Source: an uncultured Gammaproteobacteria bacterium
GTDB taxonomy: Bacteria > Pseudomonadota > Gammaproteobacteria > JAURND01
Length of the DNA: 64,000 nt
NCBI GenBank assembly: GCA_963714975.1
Contig: CAVQQD010000001.1
Span: 352,001-416,000 of the forward strand
Direction: 5' to 3'
Under the pieces are notes generated by a model. The model had not been told where the DNA came from. It saw only the letters and a list, made by a program, of their open reading frames with translations, and ran no database searches. Position numbers and translations under genes: made by a program. Positions 52,299-63,906 of the stretch are shown here, piece after piece. The stretch's first letter is position 1. Each line of letters opens with the position of its first letter.

Positions 52299-52685
52299 AT
52301 GAATAAAAAAATCTTGTTAACGGGTATTATGTTAACTCTGGGCGCAATCTCTGCCTATGCTGGAAAAAATCCAGGGGATGTGAACTTTCGTACTGATAAA
52401 AGTCTAGAGAGCCACCCCGTTCGTTATCAACTTGTTTTTAGTGATGGATTAACCGTAGGGTACACCGGGTGTTTATCACCAAGTCCTAATTACTCTCCAT
52501 CGGGTGTTCTACCGGTCTCTGTCATTGGGAATCGTGCCGGCTCAGTAAAAATTATGGTACAAGATTGTGCAATTGCTGCCGCCCCGATTGCGCTGCCTTC
52601 TTTCGAGTATTCTTCGCGATCTTCCTATTACTTAGCCTGCAGTTTCGATGGCAAGGGAGGATTTTGTCGTCAAGAAAAACCTTAG
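52299..52685 (+). CDS. Hypothetical secreted protein with four Cys
   Basis: Signal peptide MNKKILL...SAYA; AAGGAG SD. Confidence 0.7.
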   Translation: MNKKILLTGIMLTLGAISAYAGKNPGDVNFRTDKSLESHPVRYQLVFSDGLTVGYTGCLSPSPNYSPSGVLPVSVIGNRAGSVKIMVQDCAIAAAPIALPSFEYSSRSSYYLACSFDGKGGFCRQEKP

Positions 52686-52746
52686 TCGGGCACCAATACT
52701 AAAACTCCTGCTCCCACAAGGGGAGAAGGAATATTGCCATTAACAT

Positions 52747-52785
52747 TGTGGTGAATGGTTACAAAAATTGTAACTATTCACCACA
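52747..52785. repeat. Back-to-back IS66-like ends separated by 7 nt
   Basis: TGTGGTGAATGGTTAC-AAAAATT-GTAACTATTCACCACA; the arm matches 6031-6046. Confidence 0.55.
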
Positions 52786-52823
52786 TTGCCAAAGTTGTGC
52801 CCGGATAAAACTGGAGGTGGTCA

Positions 52824-53195
52824 TTGAGCTTGCAGAGACCTATTTATTTAAATTTATTGCAAATTCGCTTGCCTTGCCCTGGGCTAGTTTCGATTCTGCA
52901 TCGCACCTCAGGAATTTTGATTTTTTTACTCCTGCCCTTTTTGTTTTGCTTACTTGCTGCCTCGTTGCATGAAGACTCGTTTAATCAAATACAAAACTGG
53001 CTAGCAAGACCCTGGCTTCGTTTCACAATTTGGGTTATTTTAAGTGCCCTAACTTACCACCTCGTGGCAGGAATTCGGCATTTGCTTATGGACGCTGGCA
53101 TTGGCGAAAATCTTAAAATAGCGCGTTTTAGTGCCTACTTAACTTTGATTATTTCAGCAATCTTGATTGCGTTACTGGGAATTTGGTTATGGTAG
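52824..53195 (+). CDS. sdhC: Succinate dehydrogenase cytochrome b556 subunit
   Basis: RP..LNL, SILHRTSG and YHLVAGIRHLLMD motifs. Confidence 0.94.
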   Translation: MSLQRPIYLNLLQIRLPCPGLVSILHRTSGILIFLLLPFLFCLLAASLHEDSFNQIQNWLARPWLRFTIWVILSALTYHLVAGIRHLLMDAGIGENLKIARFSAYLTLIISAILIALLGIWLW

Positions 53196-53536
53196 AAAGT
53201 GTCACCAGCCTCACTCGCAGCGGTTTACGGGATTGGCTCATTCAACGTGTCACCGCTATTGTTCTCGCGGTATATACCCTATTCTTGTTTGCCTACGTCT
53301 TATGCCATCGGCCGCTTAGCTATGATCAATGGCAGCATTTATTTGCCAATGGTTTCATGCGGGTCTTTACTTTTTTGACCTTGCTGAGCTTGATGTATCA
53401 CACCTGGATCGGCATTTGGACCGTGATTACCGATTACATCAAGCCTCCCGTGCTACGGTTGCTGTTGCAAGTGTTAGTTTTTCTTGTATTGTTGGGTTAT
53501 GTAGTTTGGGGTATTGATATTGTTTGGGGGGTTTAA
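53189..53536 (+). CDS. sdhD: Succinate dehydrogenase membrane anchor
   Basis: SGLRDWLIQRVTA and H.WIG.W.V.TDY motifs. Confidence 0.94.
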   Translation: MVESVTSLTRSGLRDWLIQRVTAIVLAVYTLFLFAYVLCHRPLSYDQWQHLFANGFMRVFTFLTLLSLMYHTWIGIWTVITDYIKPPVLRLLLQVLVFLVLLGYVVWGIDIVWGV

Positions 53537-53542
53537 GTACGC

Positions 53543-55304
53543 ATGGGTTTATCTGAGCATATATTTGACGCCATCATTATCGGCGCTGGGGGGGCTGGCC
53601 AACGCGCCTCACTTCAACTAGCACAATCCGGCAAAAAAGTTGCGCTGATTTCAAAGGTTTATCCTACACGATCCCATACCGTCGCTGCCCAAGGCGGTGT
53701 TAATGCGGCTTTAGGTAATATGGGGCCTGATGATTGGCGCTGGCACATGTACGATACCGTGATGGGATTCTGATTTTCTCGGCGATCAGGATGCCATTGA
53801 ATACATGTGTAAACATGCGTCAGCGACGGTGATTGAACTTGAGCACATGGGCCTGCCTTTTTCCCGCACCAAAGAACAAAAAATCTACCAACGAGCTTTT
53901 GGTGGTCAAACCTTAAATTTTGGTGGGGACCTAGCTCATCGGACCTGTTGTGCCGCTGACCGAACCGGTCATGCCATGCTGCATACCTTATTCCAAAAAA
54001 ATCTTGAAGCTAAAACCAACTTTTATAATGAGTGGTATGCCGTCGACCTCGTAAGATCGACCAGTGGTGGCATAGCTGGCGTAATTGCGATTTGCATTGA
54101 AACTGGAGAAGTGGCTTTTTTACGCAGTCGCGCGACTATTTTAGCTACCGGAGGCGCCGGGCGAATTTTTCAAACCACCACCAATGCTTATACCTGTACT
54201 GGAGATGGTTTGGGCTTGGTAATGCGGGCAGGCTTACCACTGCAAGACATGGAAATGTGGCAATTCCACCCCACGGGAGTCGCCGGGGTTGGGGTCCTGA
54301 TTACCGAAGGGGCGCGGGGAGAAGGTGGTTATTTAGTGAATAAAAATGGTGAGCGTTATATGGAGCGTTATGCGCCTCATCTTAAAGATCTTTCTTGTCG
54401 GGATATTGTGGCGCGTGCTTCGATGATGGAAATACGCGAAGGTCGAGGTTTAGGCCCCAATGGGGATTATGTACTATTGAAGTTGGATCACTTGAGTGCC
54501 GAAGTATTACACGAGCGCCTGCCTAGTATCACCGCGATTGCCAAAACCTTTGCTGGAGTTGACCCCACTAAAGAGCCTATTCCTGTAGTTCCCACCTGTC
54601 ATTATCTCATGGGGGGTATCCCGACCAACATTCACGGGCAGGTATTAACGCTAGACAAAAAAGGCAGTGATCATATCATTGAAGGCCTGTACGCCGCTGG
54701 CGAGTGCGCCTGCGTTTCTGTGCATGGCGCCAATCGTCTTGGCGCCAATTCCTTATTAGATATTGTCGTGTTTGGACGCGCTGCTGGCCTCCATCTGGAG
54801 CAAGCCTTACAAGATGGTTTGCCTATGCCCGAAGTAAGTTCTGGTGAAATTGACTCTGCTTTACAGCGCCTGCAACGTTGGAATCGTTCTCAAAATGGTG
54901 AAGATATCGACGAAGTCCGCAAAGCAATGCGGAAAATCATGCAGGAAGATTTTGGCGTATTTCGTGATGGACCCACCATGAAAGAGGGTTTAAGTAAGTT
55001 AAGTGTGCTAAAAGAACGTCTGCTTTTGGCTAGCTTGAAAGATAAAAGCAAAATTTTCAACACAGCGCGTATAGAAGCACTAGAATTAGATAATATGATG
55101 GAAGTTGCCTTAGCGACAGCGGTCTGTGCAGAAAATCGGCGTGAAAGCCGTGGAGGCCATTCTCGCTTTGATTACGAGAATCGAGATGACCAAAATTGGC
55201 TCAAACATAGCTTATATTTTAGGGATGGCCGCATAGCTTATCGGTCAGTGAACCAAAAACCTTCCGAGATGAATCCGATTGAATTGAAACAGAGAGATCA
55301 TTAA
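53543..55304 (+). CDS. sdhA: Succinate dehydrogenase flavoprotein (one extra base near 53768)
   Basis: [33 protein letters not shown] and ESRGGH motifs. Confidence 0.95.
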
Positions 55305-56087
55305 ATGACATCTTGCAAATTGAAACAAGCGGCAGAATCGGCAGTGGTGACCAAAGCAACTGAATTAGGAGCGCCGAAAAATAGGCAGTTATCCGTAGAA
55401 GTTTATCGCTTTAGGCCCGATCAAGATCCGAAGCCTTTTATGCAACGTTACCAGGTCAATAGCCTGGATTGTCCTGGGGTGATGGTGTTGGATTTGTTGG
55501 AAGCGATTAAAATTCAAGATCCCAGTCTCACCTTCAGACGTTCCTGTAGTGAAGGGGTGTGTGGCTCCGATGGCATGAACATCAATGGCAAAAATCGCTT
55601 GGCTTGTGTCTCCTCGTTTTTAGATTTGGGGGATTCTATCGTCATTAGGCCTCTACCTGGATTTCCAGTGATTCGTGACCTAATTGTCGATATGAAGCAA
55701 TTTTTTGCCCAATATGAACGGGTCAAACCTTATTTACAAAATGATCAGCCCGTCCCCGAAAAAGAGCGCTTGCAGTCGATTGAAGATCGGGCGAAATTAG
55801 ATGGACTTTATGAATGCATTTTATGTGCCTGTTGTTCCAGTTCCTGTCCTTCTTATTGGTGGAACCCAGACAAATTTTTGGGACCCGCACCGTTGCTATG
55901 GGCCAACCGTTTTATTGTCGATAGTCGCGATACGTTTAAGCAACAACGTTTAGAGGAATTACAAGACCCCTACAGCTTGATGCGTTGTCGCACCATCATG
56001 AGTTGCGCTGATGTATGTCCTAAGGAACTTAACCCTACTAAGGCCATTGGACATATTCGTCAGGAGATGTTAGAAGAGTTTGTGTAA
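55305..56087 (+). CDS. sdhB: Succinate dehydrogenase Fe-S subunit
   Basis: SCSEGVCGSD, CILCACCSSSCP and CRTIMSCADVCP motifs. Confidence 0.96.
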   Translation: MTSCKLKQAAESAVVTKATELGAPKNRQLSVEVYRFRPDQDPKPFMQRYQVNSLDCPGVMVLDLLEAIKIQDPSLTFRRSCSEGVCGSDGMNINGKNRLACVSSFLDLGDSIVIRPLPGFPVIRDLIVDMKQFFAQYERVKPYLQNDQPVPEKERLQSIEDRAKLDGLYECILCACCSSSCPSYWWNPDKFLGPAPLLWANRFIVDSRDTFKQQRLEELQDPYSLMRCRTIMSCADVCPKELNPTKAIGHIRQEMLEEFV

Positions 56088-56231
56088 AATCCCCCTTCTC
56101 CCACTTGTGGGAGAAGGTGCCGAAGGCGGATGAGGGAGTTTGAATGGCTTTTGTTTTCCTGAGTAAAAGCCAACTAAGGCACCCTCATCCGGCCTGCGGC
56201 CACCTTCTCCCGCAAACGGGAGAAGGGATTT
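56088..56231. repeat. REPIN-like dyad of two inverted family E units
   Basis: CCTTCTCCCACTTGTGGGAGAAGGTGCCGAAGGCGGATGAGGG ... CCCTCATCCGGCCTGCGGCCACCTTCTCCCGCAAACGGGAGAAGGG. Confidence 0.85.
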
Positions 56232-56250
56232 CTTCAACGAGGCTTTGTAT

Positions 56251-59133
56251 ATGGCAGATTCCATGCAAGCAGCATTAGCTGCATCCTATTTATCGGACAG
56301 TAACGCAGGTTACTTAGAAGAGCTTTACGAACAATTTCTCCAAAACCCGGATGCGGTTGAGCCACAGTGGCGGCAATTTTTCCAATCCTTACCGGCCGTC
56401 AATGGTCCTGAGATTTCTCACGCTCAACTTCGAAGAGAGTTCTCCCTGTTGAACCAAAGGCACCCTCGAGGAGAGTTCCCCCCTTTGAAAAAGGGGGGTA
56501 GGGGGGGGGGTAGCATTGTTCGAGCGCAAGCAAGCGGCGGTTGATCGTCTTATCGAAGCTTACCGTGCTTATGGTTATCTTGCTGCCAAGATTAATCCCC
56601 TGGAAGACATAAGCTCTGTACCTCCGCAATTATCCTTGCGCTCGTATCCTGAGCTCGATGCCAGTGACTTACGGCGGACCTTTCGCGCGACGGGATTACT
56701 AGCTGCTTCTCAGGCCTCACTGCAGGAAATTATTGCAAAATTGGAACAAACCTACTGTGGCAGCATTGGCGCAGAATTTCATTACATTGAGAATGCCGCA
56801 GAATTGGCCTGGATTCAGCAGCGACTAGAGCACCGGCCACCTCAACTTACCCCAGAACAAAAGCGCACTATCCTGAAAGAACTCATTGCCGTCGATGGTT
56901 TGGAAAAATATTTAGCGGCTCGTTATGTCGGGCAAAAGCGTTTTTCCTTAGAGGGGGGGGACAGTTTCATCCCCTTTGTCCATGCGCTCAATCAACGAGC
57001 AACCCAGCAAGGGGTGCAAGAGGTCGTCGTGGGCATGGCACATCGCGGGCGCTTAAACATACTGATTAATGTTTTTGGTAAGCCCCCTGAGGATTTATTT
57101 CAAGAATTCGAGGGGCGTAAAGATTATGGTCTGAACTCGGGAGATGTGAAATACCATCTGGGTTATGCCTCGGATATTGAAACCCAGAGCGGTCCATTAC
57201 ATAGTTCGTTGGCTTGTAATCCCTCGCATTTAGAAGTAATTTGTGCGGTTTTAATGGGATCGGTACGAGCCAGACAAAAGCGGCGTAGTCCAGGCAATGA
57301 GTATGAAGTGATGGGCCTTTTGGTGCACGGCGATGCTTCGATTGCCGGCCAAGGCATTATCATGGAAACTTTAAATATGTCACAGACTAAAGCGTATGGC
57401 ATTGGGGGTTCCGTTCATATCGTCATTAACAATCAGGTTGGTTTCACCATCAGCAATCCTCACGATGCTCGCTCCAGTCGTCATTGCACTGATATTGCAA
57501 AAATGATCGAATCGCCGGTGTTTCACGTGAATGGCGATGATCCCGAAGCGGTAGTATACCTCGCGCAATTAGCCGTGGATTTTCGTCGGCAGTTTAGCAA
57601 AGATGTCTTTGTCGATTTAGTGTGTTATCGACGGCTCGGCCATAATGAGGCCGATGAACCCGCCGCTACACAGCCTACGATGTATGAATTTATCCGGCAA
57701 CATGCAACACCGCGGGAATTATATGCGCAAAAATTGCTGCAAGAAGGCATTTGCACCCAAGCAGAAGTCGATGCCTGGGTCAGTGAGTATCGTGATGCGA
57801 TGGATGCAGGTCATGCTGTTGTGCCAACACAGCCTGATGGCCTAACGACGAAATATGCATCCGACTGGCGGCCTTACTTGAATCAGCTATGGACTGCCCC
57901 TGCAGAAACAGCAGTAGCTCGAACGAAATTACTCGCTCTAGGTACAAAACTACGGCATCTGCCAGAAGGGTTTGAAGTGCAACGACAAGTAGGCCATACC
58001 CTGGAAGCTCGGGCGCAGATGATGGCAGGAAAATTGCCATTGGATTGGGGTTGTGCGGAAACTTTAGCCTATGCCACTTTACTGGATCAAGATTATTCAG
58101 TCCGCATGTCGGGTGAGGATTGCCAACGTGGCACTTTTGCCCATCGTCATGCTGTGTTGCACGATCAAAAAACCGGACAAATCTATACCCCATTAGCCAA
58201 TATTAGTGCCACGCAAGCCTCGTTTACTATTTATGATTCATTACTATCTGAAGAAGGAACGATGGGCTTTGAATATGGTTATGCAAGTACGAATCCTACC
58301 ACCCTCACCTTGTGGGAAGCTCAGTACGGAGATTTTGCCAATGGGGCACAAATTATTGCCGATCAATTCATCAGTGCGGGTTTTCAAAAATGGGGGAATT
58401 TATGCGGTTTAACTTTATTGTTACCCATGGCTTTGAGGGAGGCGGCCCAGAGCACTCTTCGGCCCGCTTGGAACGGTATTTGCAACTCTGTGCCCAAGAT
58501 AATATGCAAGTCTGTGTCCCTTCCACGCCTGCGCAATTATTTCATTTACTGCGTCGTCAAGTGATCAGGCCTTATCGAACCCCGCTGATTGTGATGACCC
58601 CGAAAAGTCTACTGCGCAATAAACTGGCGGTTTCCCCACTGGAGGAATTAAGCCAGGGACATTTCCAATTAGTGATTCCAGAAATTGATGCCATCGATCC
58701 GCAAAAAGTGCGACGAGTCATTCTATGCAGTGGTAAAGTCTATTACGAGTTGTTAACGCAGCGTCGTGAGCTTGGCCTAGAGGATTGTGCAATTTTACGT
58801 ATTGAGCAGTTATATCCTTTCCCCCATGACGACTTGTTGACTAAATTGCGACAATTCCCGAACGCGACTGAGATGGTGTGGTGCCAAGAAGAACCTGAGA
58901 ATCAAGGAGCTTGGTATACTATTTATCACTGTCTAAAAACTTGTTTGGCGGTTGGACAGGGGTTACATTATGCTGGTCGGCCTGCTGCTGCCGCACCTGC
59001 GGCGGGATATACAAAATTGCACTTACAACAACAGGCCGCGTTAATTGAACAGGCCCTTAAAGTCCCCTCCCCCCACCCGAGCGTCAGCGAGGGAAGGTGG
59101 GAGAGGGTTAGGGAGAGGGGGTGTGTAATTTAG
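56251..59133 (+). CDS. sucA: 2-oxoglutarate dehydrogenase E1 (frameshifts at the G10 run near 56505 and near 58425)
   Basis: YLEELYE, KRFSLEG, GMAHRGRLN, GDVKYH, HGDA, WEAQYGDF and GPEHSSAR motifs. Confidence 0.95.
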
Positions 59134-59209
59134 GCTCACCCCTCTCCCGCCGCGCTATGCGCGTCGACCTCTCCCACAAGGGGAGAGGTAAATGATATGA
59201 GGAAAAACT

Positions 59210-60412
59210 ATGAGCATTGAAATTCATGTTCCTGCCTTACCCGAATCGGTAAGCGATGCTACCGTAGCCAAATGGCACATCAAAGTTGGTGATTTTATCG
59301 AACGCGATAAGACCTTGCTGGAACTGGAAACCGACAAAGTGATGTTAGAAGTTCCAGCTCCTCATGCTGGAATCTTGGAAAAAATCCTGGCTCCGGAGGG
59401 TAGCACGGTAAAAGCACAAGATGTGCTTGGCGTTTTGCGAGAGGGCGCAGCTGAGGGAGCTAAACCTGCAGCAGAAGCTCAACCTGCCCCCAAGCCCCAA
59501 CCTGCTGCTGCCGCCGCTACCGCTCCTTCCCCGGTGTCACCTTCAGTGCGTCGGTTAATGACTGAAAAAGAAGTGGAGGCAGGTCAAGTTACTGGCACTG
59601 GCAAAGCAGGGCGAATCACTCGCGAAGATGTGCTGCAATATGTCAACCAAGCCAAGGAAACTGGTCCCGCCGCTGAATCGGTGCCGATGGTCGTGTTAGA
59701 AGAATTAGGAGAACGCGCTGAAAAACGCGTCCCAATGTCGCGTTTACGGGCCCGCATAGCCGAACGACTCGTCGAAGCCCAACACAATGCGGCAATGCTC
59801 ACCACTTTTAATGAAGTCAATATGCAAGCGGTAATGGACCTGCGTGCTCGGTACAAAGAATCCTTTGAAAAATCCCAGGGAGTAAAGCTAGGGATTATGT
59901 CGTTTTTCGTCAAAGCAGCTATCGAAGCTTTGAAACGTTTCCCCGTCGTCAATGCCTCACTGGATGGCAATGATGTGGTCTATCATGGCTATTATGATAT
60001 CGGCATTGCTGTCTCAACCCCCCGCGGTTTAGTCGTCCCGGTATTACGAGAGGTGGATAGCTTAAGCATGGCGGATATCGAAAAAGCGATTATTTCCTCG
60101 GCAGAAAAAGCGCGCGATGGCAAGCTCACGATTGAAGAAATGACCGGAGGCACCTTCACCATCACCAATGGCGGCGTATTCGGCTCCATGCTCTCGACCC
60201 CGATTTTAAATGCGCCCCAATGTGCTATTTTAGGGATGCATAATATTGTCAAACGTCCCGTGGTCGAGAATGACCAAATCGTCATTCGACCCATCATGTA
60301 TGTCGCGCTCTCCTATGACCATCGACTCATTGATGGCCGCGAATCGGTAAGCTTTTTATTAATGATTAAACAATTGCTCGAAGACCCGAGCCGATTTTTG
60401 TTAAATATATGA
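59210..60412 (+). CDS. sucB: Dihydrolipoamide succinyltransferase E2
   Basis: LETDKV lipoyl site, GTFTITNGG and DHRLIDG motifs. Confidence 0.97.
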   Translation: MSIEIHVPALPESVSDATVAKWHIKVGDFIERDKTLLELETDKVMLEVPAPHAGILEKILAPEGSTVKAQDVLGVLREGAAEGAKPAAEAQPAPKPQPAAAAATAPSPVSPSVRRLMTEKEVEAGQVTGTGKAGRITREDVLQYVNQAKETGPAAESVPMVVLEELGERAEKRVPMSRLRARIAERLVEAQHNAAMLTTFNEVNMQAVMDLRARYKESFEKSQGVKLGIMSFFVKAAIEALKRFPVVNASLDGNDVVYHGYYDIGIAVSTPRGLVVPVLREVDSLSMADIEKAIISSAEKARDGKLTIEEMTGGTFTITNGGVFGSMLSTPILNAPQCAILGMHNIVKRPVVENDQIVIRPIMYVALSYDHRLIDGRESVSFLLMIKQLLEDPSRFLLNI

Positions 60413-60702
60413 ATGAGCAGAAAAGAAATATCAGATCGTATGAAATTCCTGAAACCTGCGGCGGCCTTGGTGGGCTTGCCGGTTTAGCTGGATCTGGTTA
60501 TGTTTTGTATCTATTTATTCAGGGCGCAATAGACAATGGTTACAAGCCTTCTGTGGATATAGTCCTTCCAGCGCTCATTGGAATTATAGTCGTATGGCTT
60601 TCCGCAGGTATTGGCTGTGGACTTGGATTCGGTGTCGGCTGCGGCGTGGAAAAGGTAGCGCAATGTATTCACCCTGAGGCAGGAACAGTACCTCAAATTT
60701 AG
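60409..60702 (+). CDS. Small hypothetical two-TM, Gly/Cys-rich protein
   Basis: ATGA overlap with the sucB stop; two hydrophobic segments. Confidence 0.6.
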   Translation: MNEQKRNIRSYEIPETCGGLGGLAGLAGSGYVLYLFIQGAIDNGYKPSVDIVLPALIGIIVVWLSAGIGCGLGFGVGCGVEKVAQCIHPEAGTVPQI

Positions 60703-60732
60703 ATCAAACACTCTAAATCGTAGCAGATAACC

Positions 60733-60765
60733 CTTAATGTTTTCGTAAGTTTACGTCTCTATAAT
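60733..60765 (+). promoter_or_regulatory. PmrA-like box plus -10 hexamer
   Basis: CTTAATGTT-TT-CGTAAGTTT, 7 nt, TATAAT. Confidence 0.7.
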
Positions 60766-60943
60766 CCTAGATTCGGCAGTAGAAACCTACTGCGAGGGCT
60801 TAATACATTGAATCTCTCGCTTATTTTTATATTTTTTTCTTTCACCGTACGGGTGAGTACGCCTTCAAGAAAAAAATTTAAAAATAATCAAGATCTTCAA
60901 CGTCTTAATCCCTCTCGCTACGGTTTCTACTGCCGAATCTAGG
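60766..60943. mobile_element. MITE / RPE-like palindromic element
   Basis: Terminal IR CCTAGATTCGGCAGTAGAAACC/GGTTTCTACTGCCGAATCTAGG, imperfect inner arms, central GTAC-N6-GTAC; flanked by ATAAT direct repeats. Confidence 0.85.
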
Positions 60944-60980
60944 ATAATACAAGCAATCTCAATTCTAACCAGCGAGGTAA

Positions 60981-61646
60981 ATGAACATGTCGTCAGAGTT
61001 TTCAGTAGAACAAATTGATGAGCTAAGAAACCAATATATCAATGGGCCAAGATATTGGACCGCAGTGGGAAGTATTATCGGAGCTGTCTGTTTAGCGGGA
61101 GGAATTTACAGTGCCTTTACCATACTTAAAGGAGGGGCATATACAGAGGACTTATTGATTGGCGCAGGATTTGGGCTAATCGGACTTGGATTACTTACTT
61201 ATGCGGCTTACAAATTCTGGCAATCTTACCAAGCAGAAGAACAATTAAACGATAATATGATAAAAAACCGTTGGAACGAAGCACAGCAAACAAAATTAGT
61301 CCAAGAAGCTGCTTTTGTTACTGGTTGGAGCACCATGTTGAAACCAGGGTTCACAGCAGGTTTTTTAACCACTGCTGCAATCACTATTTATGAGGGCATT
61401 ACCAACGACACAGCACTCGTGTCCGGGTTCATGGGTGGTGGGATTGCTTTTCTTGGCTTGGCAATATTCGGTTCATTGGTCTATAACTATTATCGAGCTT
61501 CTGAAGCTATGCGGGAGTTAGAGAAGATTAAGCCAACCAATGCTTGGCAATTTCCAACCAATGCTTGGCAATTGATTGGCGATTATAGAAAACAGCAAGA
61601 GCAGGATGGTTGTTGCCCTAATTTTCGGGATATCCCCTGCCGTTAG
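60981..61646 (+). CDS. Hypothetical four-TM protein (two hydrophobic hairpins); effector candidate
   Basis: GAGGT SD, upstream PmrA-like box, 21-bp duplication encoding PTNAWQF/PTNAWQL and a Cys-rich tail. Confidence 0.7.
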   Translation: MNMSSEFSVEQIDELRNQYINGPRYWTAVGSIIGAVCLAGGIYSAFTILKGGAYTEDLLIGAGFGLIGLGLLTYAAYKFWQSYQAEEQLNDNMIKNRWNEAQQTKLVQEAAFVTGWSTMLKPGFTAGFLTTAAITIYEGITNDTALVSGFMGGGIAFLGLAIFGSLVYNYYRASEAMRELEKIKPTNAWQFPTNAWQLIGDYRKQQEQDGCCPNFRDIPCR

Positions 61647-61710
61647 CCTCTGTAGGGTCCATATATGTGTGCATCGGATAGCTCTCACAAGGGCAGAAGG
61701 AAATTAGTAA

Positions 61711-61962
61711 CTAACGCCCAAGCCTGCGTTTTCTAATTTGGATTAGGCCGAATATGCTCACTAACGCCCAAGCTGATTCCATCAAAACTGCCGGTAAATT
61801 CCAGTCATACCCCAGAGAAAATAAAATCATCAGTGCGCCTAATAAATTTAATAGTGGATATCCCCAGTTTAATGGGGTAATTTTATTCAGTTGCAATAAA
61901 AAATAGGCCAGCAATATAAACGCTACGCCAATTAAACCTACTAGATTAGCAAATTCAGTCAT
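61711..61962 (-). CDS. CBU_0592-like small membrane protein
   Basis: G.IGV..IL.AY.LLQ, Y.LLNLLGA and W..VS..GL pattern. Confidence 0.75.
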   Translation of the reverse strand: MTEFANLVGLIGVAFILLAYFLLQLNKITPLNWGYPLLNLLGALMILFSLGYDWNLPAVLMESAWALVSIFGLIQIRKRRLGR

Positions 61963-62509
61963 GATGAGATCTCCTTTAAATCCCCTTTTGATCCCCCTCT
62001 CCCCAACCCTCTCCCACCTTCGGGGGAGAGGGGGACAAAAGGAGGGTGGAAGGGATTTTCATATAGTTTTATTTGAGCCGGAAATTCCTCCGAATACTGG
62101 CAATATTATTCGGCTTTGCGCTAATACGGGCAGTCAATTACACCTCATTCATCCCTTAGGTTTTACTCTACAAGATAAGCAATTACAGCGCGCTGGTTTA
62201 GATTATCATGAATGGGTTGGCATTCAACACTATAACAGCTTTGATGATTTCTTAAAAACACAACAACCGTCGCGATTATTTGCTTGCTCAACAAAAGGTC
62301 AAACTCATTATGATCAGGTAGAATTTAAGAAAGGCGATGGATTTTTATTTGGTCCAGAAACTCGGGGCTTGCCAGAAACAATACTAAAATCTCTTGCCAT
62401 CGAGCAAATTTTGCGCATCCCAATGCTTGCTCATAGCCGCAGCTTAAATTTATCTAATGCTGCTGCAGTGATCTTATATGAAGCTTGGCGCCAAGTGGGA
62501 TTTTGTTAG
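61961..62509 (+). CDS. trmL: tRNA (cytidine/uridine-2'-O)-methyltransferase with repeat-derived N-terminal extension
   Basis: [32 protein letters not shown] and RSLNLSN motifs. Confidence 0.93.
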   Translation: MMRSPLNPLLIPLSPTLSHLRGRGGQKEGGRDFHIVLFEPEIPPNTGNIIRLCANTGSQLHLIHPLGFTLQDKQLQRAGLDYHEWVGIQHYNSFDDFLKTQQPSRLFACSTKGQTHYDQVEFKKGDGFLFGPETRGLPETILKSLAIEQILRIPMLAHSRSLNLSNAAAVILYEAWRQVGFC

Positions 62510-62566
62510 CGTTTGACGGTAGGGGTGTGCAAGGACGACGTGGCCCACCCCTTTATGAGAGGGAGA

Positions 62567-62902
62567 CTAATATTGATTTGCAGGCGCGCTGGTGCTAGGA
62601 GAGGTCATCATGTCGGGTGAAGTCATTGCACCAGAACCATTAGGTGCACTGGGTGCAGCAGTATTTTCTTGCGCGGGGGCAGCAGCTGGTTTAGCTTTAG
62701 CTTGATGCTTCTTGTGCTTAGCTTTTGGGGTTTGCTGAGTGCTGTTAGTAGTATCCATAGCAGAAGCTGCTGGCTGCATACTTGTCGCAGTCGACTGTTG
62801 GCTCTGATCCATGGCGGGGTTGCTAACAGCAGCTTGATCTTCCGCAGCAAAAGCAACAGAAACAGCCAATACACCTGCAGCGGCTAGGGCTAATTTTTTC
62901 AT
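62567..62902 (-). CDS. Secreted low-complexity Ala/Gln/Ser-rich protein
   Basis: Signal peptide MKKLALAAAG...AFA; TAAGGAG SD; KHKKH patch. Confidence 0.75.
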   Translation of the reverse strand: MKKLALAAAGVLAVSVAFAAEDQAAVSNPAMDQSQQSTATSMQPAASAMDTTNSTQQTPKAKHKKHQAKAKPAAAPAQENTAAPSAPNGSGAMTSPDMMTSPSTSAPANQY

Positions 62903-62997
62903 TTTTTTGAACTCCTTATTTTGTGGGGAATAATAAAACGTTAACCTTTTTTTCAAAGGTGCGAAATCATAAACAAAAAAATTAGTTTTGTGAAGAG

Positions 62998-63852
62998 CTA
63001 TTCTTCTATTAAAGCTTTTTTTAACTTATCCATTGCCATTTTTTCAATTTGACGAATGCGTTCTGCAGAAATCCCATACTCAGCGGCTAATTCATGTAGG
63101 GTTGCCTTTTCTTGAGCCAGCCATCGTCGATGCAAAATATCTCGACTACGCTGATCTAATAAGGCGAGATTTTCTTGCAATAATCTTTCTCGATTTGCGG
63201 CCCAATCTTTATTTTCTAGCAATAGATCGGGGCTGTAACGTGAATCCTCTAAATAATCTTCAGGAGCAAGTGAGGAATAGTTGTCTTCTACCTTGAAGTC
63301 ATCAAAAGCGTGATCATGCGCATTCATGCGCTGTTCCATGAGCGCTACATCTTCCGGACTAACATTCAATTCTTGCGCGACGGCTTGTTTTTCTGCATGA
63401 CTAAACCACGTTAAACTTTTCGTGGCCTTCCGCAGATTAAAAAATAATTTACGTTGTGCCTTGGTCGTTGCCACTTTGACAATGCGCCAATTACGGAGGA
63501 TAAATTCATGAATTTCTGCTTTAATCCAATGAATCGCAAAAGAAACTAAACGTACTCCCATTTCGGGATTGAAGCGTTTGACCGCTTTCATTAAGCCGAT
63601 GTTCCCTTCTTGAACCAAATCGGCAAGGGCCAGGCCATAGCCCAAATAAGTACGGGCAATGCTGACCACAAATCGCAAATGCGGTAAAACTAACTGCTTT
63701 GCTGCCTCAAGATCTTGATGGTAATAATAACGGCAAGCAAGCTCACGTTCTTGCTCTAGCGTTAGAATGGGTATTTGGTTGATTTGTGCAACGTAGGCAT
63801 CTAAATTACCAATAGGGACGGCGGCATTAAATTTTTGTAGACTTTTGTTCAT
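62998..63852 (-). CDS. rpoH: RNA polymerase sigma-32
   Basis: DLVQEGNIGLMKAV and the RpoH box QRKLFFNLR. Confidence 0.96.
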   Translation of the reverse strand: MNKSLQKFNAAVPIGNLDAYVAQINQIPILTLEQERELACRYYYHQDLEAAKQLVLPHLRFVVSIARTYLGYGLALADLVQEGNIGLMKAVKRFNPEMGVRLVSFAIHWIKAEIHEFILRNWRIVKVATTKAQRKLFFNLRKATKSLTWFSHAEKQAVAQELNVSPEDVALMEQRMNAHDHAFDDFKVEDNYSSLAPEDYLEDSRYSPDLLLENKDWAANRERLLQENLALLDQRSRDILHRRWLAQEKATLHELAAEYGISAERIRQIEKMAMDKLKKALIEE

Positions 63853-63906
63853 AGGACCCTTAGCTTTCTCAGTAACAGGAGGACCGCTATTCTACACTGT
63901 TAGGGG

